NCBI GenBank assembly: GCA_013265495.1
Contig: MU058636.1
Span: 4,685,741-4,749,740, forward strand
Length of the DNA stretch: 64,000 bases
Direction: 5' to 3'
Source of the DNA: Vicugna vicugna
Lineage: Eukaryota
The notes beneath the pieces were generated by a model. The model saw nothing but the letters and a program-made list of their open reading frames with translations. It did no database searches and was not told the DNA's origin. Below, piece after piece: positions 58,671-64,000 of this stretch (positions are counted from its first letter, which is position 1; every line of letters begins with the position of its first letter). Both the position numbers and the translations under genes were made by a program.

Positions 58671-59700
58671 ATGGCAATAAACACACATGTTCAATAATTA
58701 CCATAAATGTCAGTAGACTAAATACTCCAATCAAAAGACACAGAATGGCAGACTGGATAATAAAACAAGAACCTACAATATGCTGCATACAAGAGACCCA
58801 CTTTAGGGAGAAAGACATACAGGTGAGAGTGAGAGGATGGAAAAAGATATTTCATGGAAATGGAAATGACAAGAAAGCAGAAGTAGCAATACTGATCTCA
58901 GACAAAATAGACTTTAAAACAAAGGCCAAAGAGAAAGATAAAGAAGGACATTATGTAATGATTAAAGGAGCAATACAAGATGAGGATATTACAACCATTA
59001 ACACATATGCACCCAATATGGAAGTACCTAAATACATAAAGCAAATACTAACAGATATAAATGGAGAAACTGATAGGAACACAATCATAGTAGAAGATTT
59101 TAACACCCCATTAACATCACTGGAAAGATCTTCCACACAGAAAATTAATAAAGCAACAGAGAAATTAAATGATACAATAGAACAATTAGACTTGGTTGAT
59201 ATTTTCAGAACATTACATCCCCTAAAAATAGAACATATATTCTTTTCGAGTGAACATGTAACATTTTCTAGGGTAGATCATGTTTGGGCACAAAGGAAGC
59301 CTCAACAAATTTAAGAGGATAGAAATTATTTCAAGCATTTTTTCTGATCACAATGCCATAAAACTAGAAATCAACTACAGAAAAACAACGAATGACAGCA
59401 TGGATATTAAACAACATGCTACTAAAAAACCAATGGGTCAATGATGAAATCAAAGAAGAAATTAAAAAATAATTTGAGACAAATGACAATGAAAAAACAA
59501 CCACACAAAATCTATGGGATGCAGCAAAAGAAGTCCTAAGAGGGAAGTTTAGTGATAGAGGCCTTCATCAAAAAAGAACAATCTCAAATAAATAATCTAA
59601 ACTACCTGATAAAAGAATTAGAAGAAGAGCAGCAAACAAAACCAAAAATCAGCAGAAGGAAGGAAATAATAAAGATCAGGAAAGAAATAGAGTTTTTAAA
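58671..59700 (+). pseudogene. L1 ORF2p APE endonuclease region, disrupted
   Basis: ORF 58745..59314 carries L1 endonuclease motifs; broken by frameshifts. Confidence 0.9.
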
Positions 59701-60268
59701 AAAAAGAGAAAAACAACACCCATTTATGATAAAAACGTATAGAGGGAACATATCTCAACATAATAAAAGCTATATATGACAAACCTACAGCCAGCATAGT
59801 ACTCAATGGTGAAAAACTCAAAAGCTTCGCACTAAAATCTGGGACAAGACAAGGATGCCCACTATCACCGCTCCTATTCAACATAGACTTGCAAGTCCTA
59901 GCCACAGCATTCAGGCAAGAGAGAGAAATAAAAGGGTTCCAAATTGGAAAAGAAGAGGTAAAAGTGCCACTATATGCCGACAACATGTTACTATATATAG
60001 AAAACCCTAAAAGGTTCACACAAAAACTACTAGAGCTGATCAAAGAATTCAGCAAGGTAGCAGGTTACAAGATTAATGTACAAACGTCAGTTGCATTTCT
60101 TTACACTAACGATGAATCAACAGAAAAAGAAAGTAAAGAAACAATCCCCTTTAAAATAGCACCCAAAGTAATAAAATACCTAGGAATAAATCTAACCAAG
60201 GAGGTGAAAGACTTATACATGTAAAACTATAACCCACTGTAGAAGGAAATTAAAGAAGACTTAAAAAA

Positions 60269-60526
60269 NNNNNNNNNNNNNNNNNNNNNNNNNNNNNNNN
60301 NNNNNNNNNNNNNNNNNNNNNNNNNNNNNNNNNNNNNNNNNNNNNNNNNNNNNNNNNNNNNNNNNNNNNNNNNNNNNNNNNNNNNNNNNNNNNNNNNNNN
60401 NNNNNNNNNNNNNNNNNNNNNNNNNNNNNNNNNNNNNNNNNNNNNNNNNNNNNNNNNNNNNNNNNNNNNNNNNNNNNNNNNNNNNNNNNNNNNNNNNNNN
60501 NNNNNNNNNNNNNNNNNNNNNNNNNN
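60269..60526. other. Assembly gap
   Basis: Run of N. Confidence 1.
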
Positions 60527-60652
60527 AACAGAACAGCCAGAAATGAACCCACAAAATTTTGGTCAACTAATCTTCAACAAAGGAGGCAAGAATATACAAT
60601 GGAATAAAGACAGTCTCTACAGTAAATGGTGTTGGGAAAACTGGACTGGACA

Positions 60653-61272
60653 NNNNNNNNNNNNNNNNNNNNNNNNNNNNNNNNNNNNNNNNNNNNNNNN
60701 NNNNNNNNNNNNNNNNNNNNNNNNNNNNNNNNNNNNNNNNNNNNNNNNNNNNNNNNNNNNNNNNNNNNNNNNNNNNNNNNNNNNNNNNNNNNNNNNNNNN
60801 NNNNNNNNNNNNNNNNNNNNNNNNNNNNNNNNNNNNNNNNNNNNNNNNNNNNNNNNNNNNNNNNNNNNNNNNNNNNNNNNNNNNNNNNNNNNNNNNNNNN
60901 NNNNNNNNNNNNNNNNNNNNNNNNNNNNNNNNNNNNNNNNNNNNNNNNNNNNNNNNNNNNNNNNNNNNNNNNNNNNNNNNNNNNNNNNNNNNNNNNNNNN
61001 NNNNNNNNNNNNNNNNNNNNNNNNNNNNNNNNNNNNNNNNNNNNNNNNNNNNNNNNNNNNNNNNNNNNNNNNNNNNNNNNNNNNNNNNNNNNNNNNNNNN
61101 NNNNNNNNNNNNNNNNNNNNNNNNNNNNNNNNNNNNNNNNNNNNNNNNNNNNNNNNNNNNNNNNNNNNNNNNNNNNNNNNNNNNNNNNNNNNNNNNNNNN
61201 NNNNNNNNNNNNNNNNNNNNNNNNNNNNNNNNNNNNNNNNNNNNNNNNNNNNNNNNNNNNNNNNNNNNNNNN
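60653..61272. other. Assembly gap
   Basis: Run of N. Confidence 1.
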
Positions 61273-61675
61273 AACATGGATGCTCCTGGAGAATGTCATT
61301 CTAAATGAAGTAAGCCAAGAGAAAGAAAAATATCATATGAGATCGCTCATATGTGGAATCTTAAAAAAAAATATAAATACAAAACACAAATAGACTCACA
61401 GACATAGAATACAAACTTGTGGTTGCCAAGGGGGCGGGGGGTGGGAAGAGAGACTGGGATTTCAAAATTGTAGAATAGGTAAACAAGATTATACTGTATA
61501 GCACAGGGAAATATATACATATATCATAAGATCGTATGGTAGCTCACAGAGAAAAAAATGTGACAGTGAATATATATATATGTTCATGTAAAACTGTAAA
61601 ATTGTGCTCTACACTGGAATTTGACACAACATTGTAAAATGATTAGAAATCAATAAAAAATGTTAAAAAAAAAAA

Positions 61676-64000
61676 GAGAGAGAAATCAATCAAACCAAGA
61701 GCTGGTTTTTTGAAAGAATAAGCAAAACTGAAAAACTTCTTGCCATGCTCCCCAAGAAGAGAAAAGAGAGAGCACAAATAAACTAAATAAGAAAGGAAAA
61801 TGGAGACATTACAACCAATACCACAGAAATACAAAAAATCATAAGAAAATACTATGAACAACTATATGGAAACAAAATGGATAACCTAGAAGAAATGGAC
61901 AAGTTTCTGGAAACATACAGTCCACCAAGACTGAATCAAGAAGAAATAGACCACTTGAACAAACCAATCACAAGAAATGAAATAGAATTAGCAATAAAAA
62001 AAAAATGTCCCTACAAACAAAAGTCCAGGACCCGATGGCTTCACCTGGGAATTCTACCAACATACAAAGAAGAAGTCATACTGGTTATTCTCAAATTCTT
62101 CCAGAAGATTGAAAAGGAGGGAGTACTCCCAAACTCTATTTATTAAGCCATCATCACCCTGATACCAAAACCAGACAAACACACTACCAAAAAAAGAAAA
62201 TTACAGACCAATTTCACTGATGAACATAGATGCAAAAATCCTCAACAAAATATTAGCCAACAGAATACAACAGCACATAAAAAAGACCATACACCATGAT
62301 AATGTTGGGTTCATCACAGTAACACAAGGATGGTTCGACATACACAAATCAATGTGATACACCACATCCACAAAAGGACAAAAATCACATGATCATCTCA
62401 ATAGATGCAGGAAAAGCATTTGATAAAGTTCAACACCCATTTATGATAAAAACTCTTACCAAAGAGGGTATAGAGGGAACATATCTCAACATAATAAAAG
62501 CTATTTATGACAAACTTACAGCAAGCATAGTGCTCAACAGTGAAAAACTGAAAGGCCCTCCCACTAAACTCTGGGACAAGACAAGGTTGTTCATTCTCAC
62601 CACTTCTATTCAACATAGTCTTGGAAGTCCTACCCACAGCATTCAGGCAAGAAAAAGAAATAATAAGGGATCTAAATTGGAAAAGAAGAGGTAAAATTGT
62701 CACTATAGGCAAACGACATGATACTATATATAGAAAACCCTAAAAGCTACTTATAAAAACCACTAGAGCTGATAAAAGAATTCAGCAAGGTAGCAGGATA
62801 CAAGATTAATGTACAAAAATCAGTTGCATTTCTTTACACTAACGATGAATCAACAGGGAAAAAAAGTAAAGAAATAATCTCTTAAAATAGCACCCAAAGT
62901 AATAAAATATCTAGGGATACATGTGACCAAGGAGGTTAAAGATTTGTACATGGAGAACTACAAAACACTGATTAAGGAAATTAAAGAAGACTTAAAGAAA
63001 TGGAAAGATATCCCATACTTCTGGATTGGAAGAATCAATATTGATAAAATGGTCACACTGCCCAAGGCAATCTATAGATTTAATGCAATCCCTATCAAAT
63101 TACCCAGGACATATTTCACAGAACTGGAACAAATCATAATAAAATTTATATGGAACCATCAAAGACCTAGAATTGCCAAAGCATTACTGAACAGAAAGAA
63201 AGAGGCTGGAGGAATAACTCTCCCAGAAAGACAATACTGCTACAGTCATCAAGACAGCATGGTATTGGTAAAAAAAAAAAACAGACATATAGACCAATGG
63301 AACAGAATAGAGAGCCCAGAAATGAACCTACAAACTTTTGGTCAACTAATCTTTGACAAAGGAGGCGAGAACATACAATGGAATAAAGACAGACTCTTTA
63401 GCAAATGTGTTGGGAAAACTGGACATCTGCATGGAAATCAATGAAATTAGAATACTGTCTCACACCACACACAAAAATAAACTCAAAATGGCTTAAAGAC
63501 TTAAACATAAGACACAATAAATCTACTAGAAAAAAAATTATTGCAAGACATTATCTCACATACATCTTAGCAACATTGTCCGAGAGCAGTCTACCCAAGC
63601 AATAGAAATTAAAGCAAAAATAAACAATTGAGACCTAAATAAACTTACAAGCTTTTGCACAGCAAAGGAAACCATAAGTAAAACAAAATGACAATCTACG
63701 GAATGGGAGAAAATATTTGCAAAAGATGAGACTGACAAGGGTTTGATTTCCAGAATATATAAACAGTTCATACAACTTAACAAAAAACAAAAAAGCCACC
63801 CAATCCAAAAATGGGCAGAAGACCTGAACAAGCAATTCTCCAAAGAAGGCATATGAATGACCAATAGGCACATGAAAACATGCTCAATATCAGTAATTAT
63901 CAGAGAAATGCAAATCAAAACTACAATGAGGTATCACCTCACACCAGTCAGAATGGCCATCATTCAAAAGTCCACAAATGATAAATGCTGGAGAGGGTGT
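61676..64000 (+). pseudogene. L1 ORF2p continuation (Z domain, RT, C-terminal part), disrupted
   Basis: EKINQTKSWFFE-like start, [53 protein letters not shown]. Confidence 0.9.

Larger units (their letters stand above)
59714..61675 (+). mobile_element. Second, 5'-truncated L1 nested in ORF2 of the first
   Basis: Starts mid-RT (caacacccatttatgataaaaac) and has its own ORF2 end, 3'UTR and aataaa + poly(A) at ~61651-61675; the outer ORF2 then resumes. Confidence 0.75.
55809..64000 (+). mobile_element. 5'-complete decayed LINE-1 (5'UTR, ORF1, ORF2), running off the window end
   Basis: GC-rich 5'UTR from ~55809; ORF1 from ATG 57402; ORF2 endonuclease (DWIIKQEPTICCIQETHF, DFNTPL) from ~58671; RT region and CWENW downstream; many stops and frameshifts. 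Confidence 0.93.

Noticed and set aside
60250..61393. Long ORFs in the track
   Set aside because: Artefacts of N gaps (poly-X).

Overview
Mammalian genomic DNA, most likely a camelid (alpaca/camel type), judged from five copies of a tRNA-Ala(AGC)-derived vic-1-like SINE. The window holds the 3' ~54 kb of the FRY (Furry microtubule-binding scaffold) gene on the + strand. I traced 22 GT-AG exons by hand; they join in phase into 3836 nt of CDS (~1278 codons, ending ...[12 protein letters not shown] at 53698), followed by a ~1.2 kb 3'UTR. The gene's 5' part lies upstream of the window. Introns carry camelid SINEs, L1 fragments, MIR/L2 relics and DNA-transposon fossils. From ~55.8 kb to the end is a decayed, 5'-complete LINE-1 with a second, 5'-truncated L1 apparently nested inside it and two assembly gaps. 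No novel multi-gene system is evident. The most interesting signals are missed by the ORF track: two in-frame microexons with neural (SRRM4/RBFOX-type) splice architecture (9 nt ELQ and 18 nt QMESLA), a third candidate 30-nt exon, a recursive-splice-like site, a CTCF motif on a splice acceptor, an intragenic CpG-rich island, a duplicated intronic block with a 24-bp palindrome, and a long intronic hairpin. Repeat family names come from recalled consensus sequences, not a database search.
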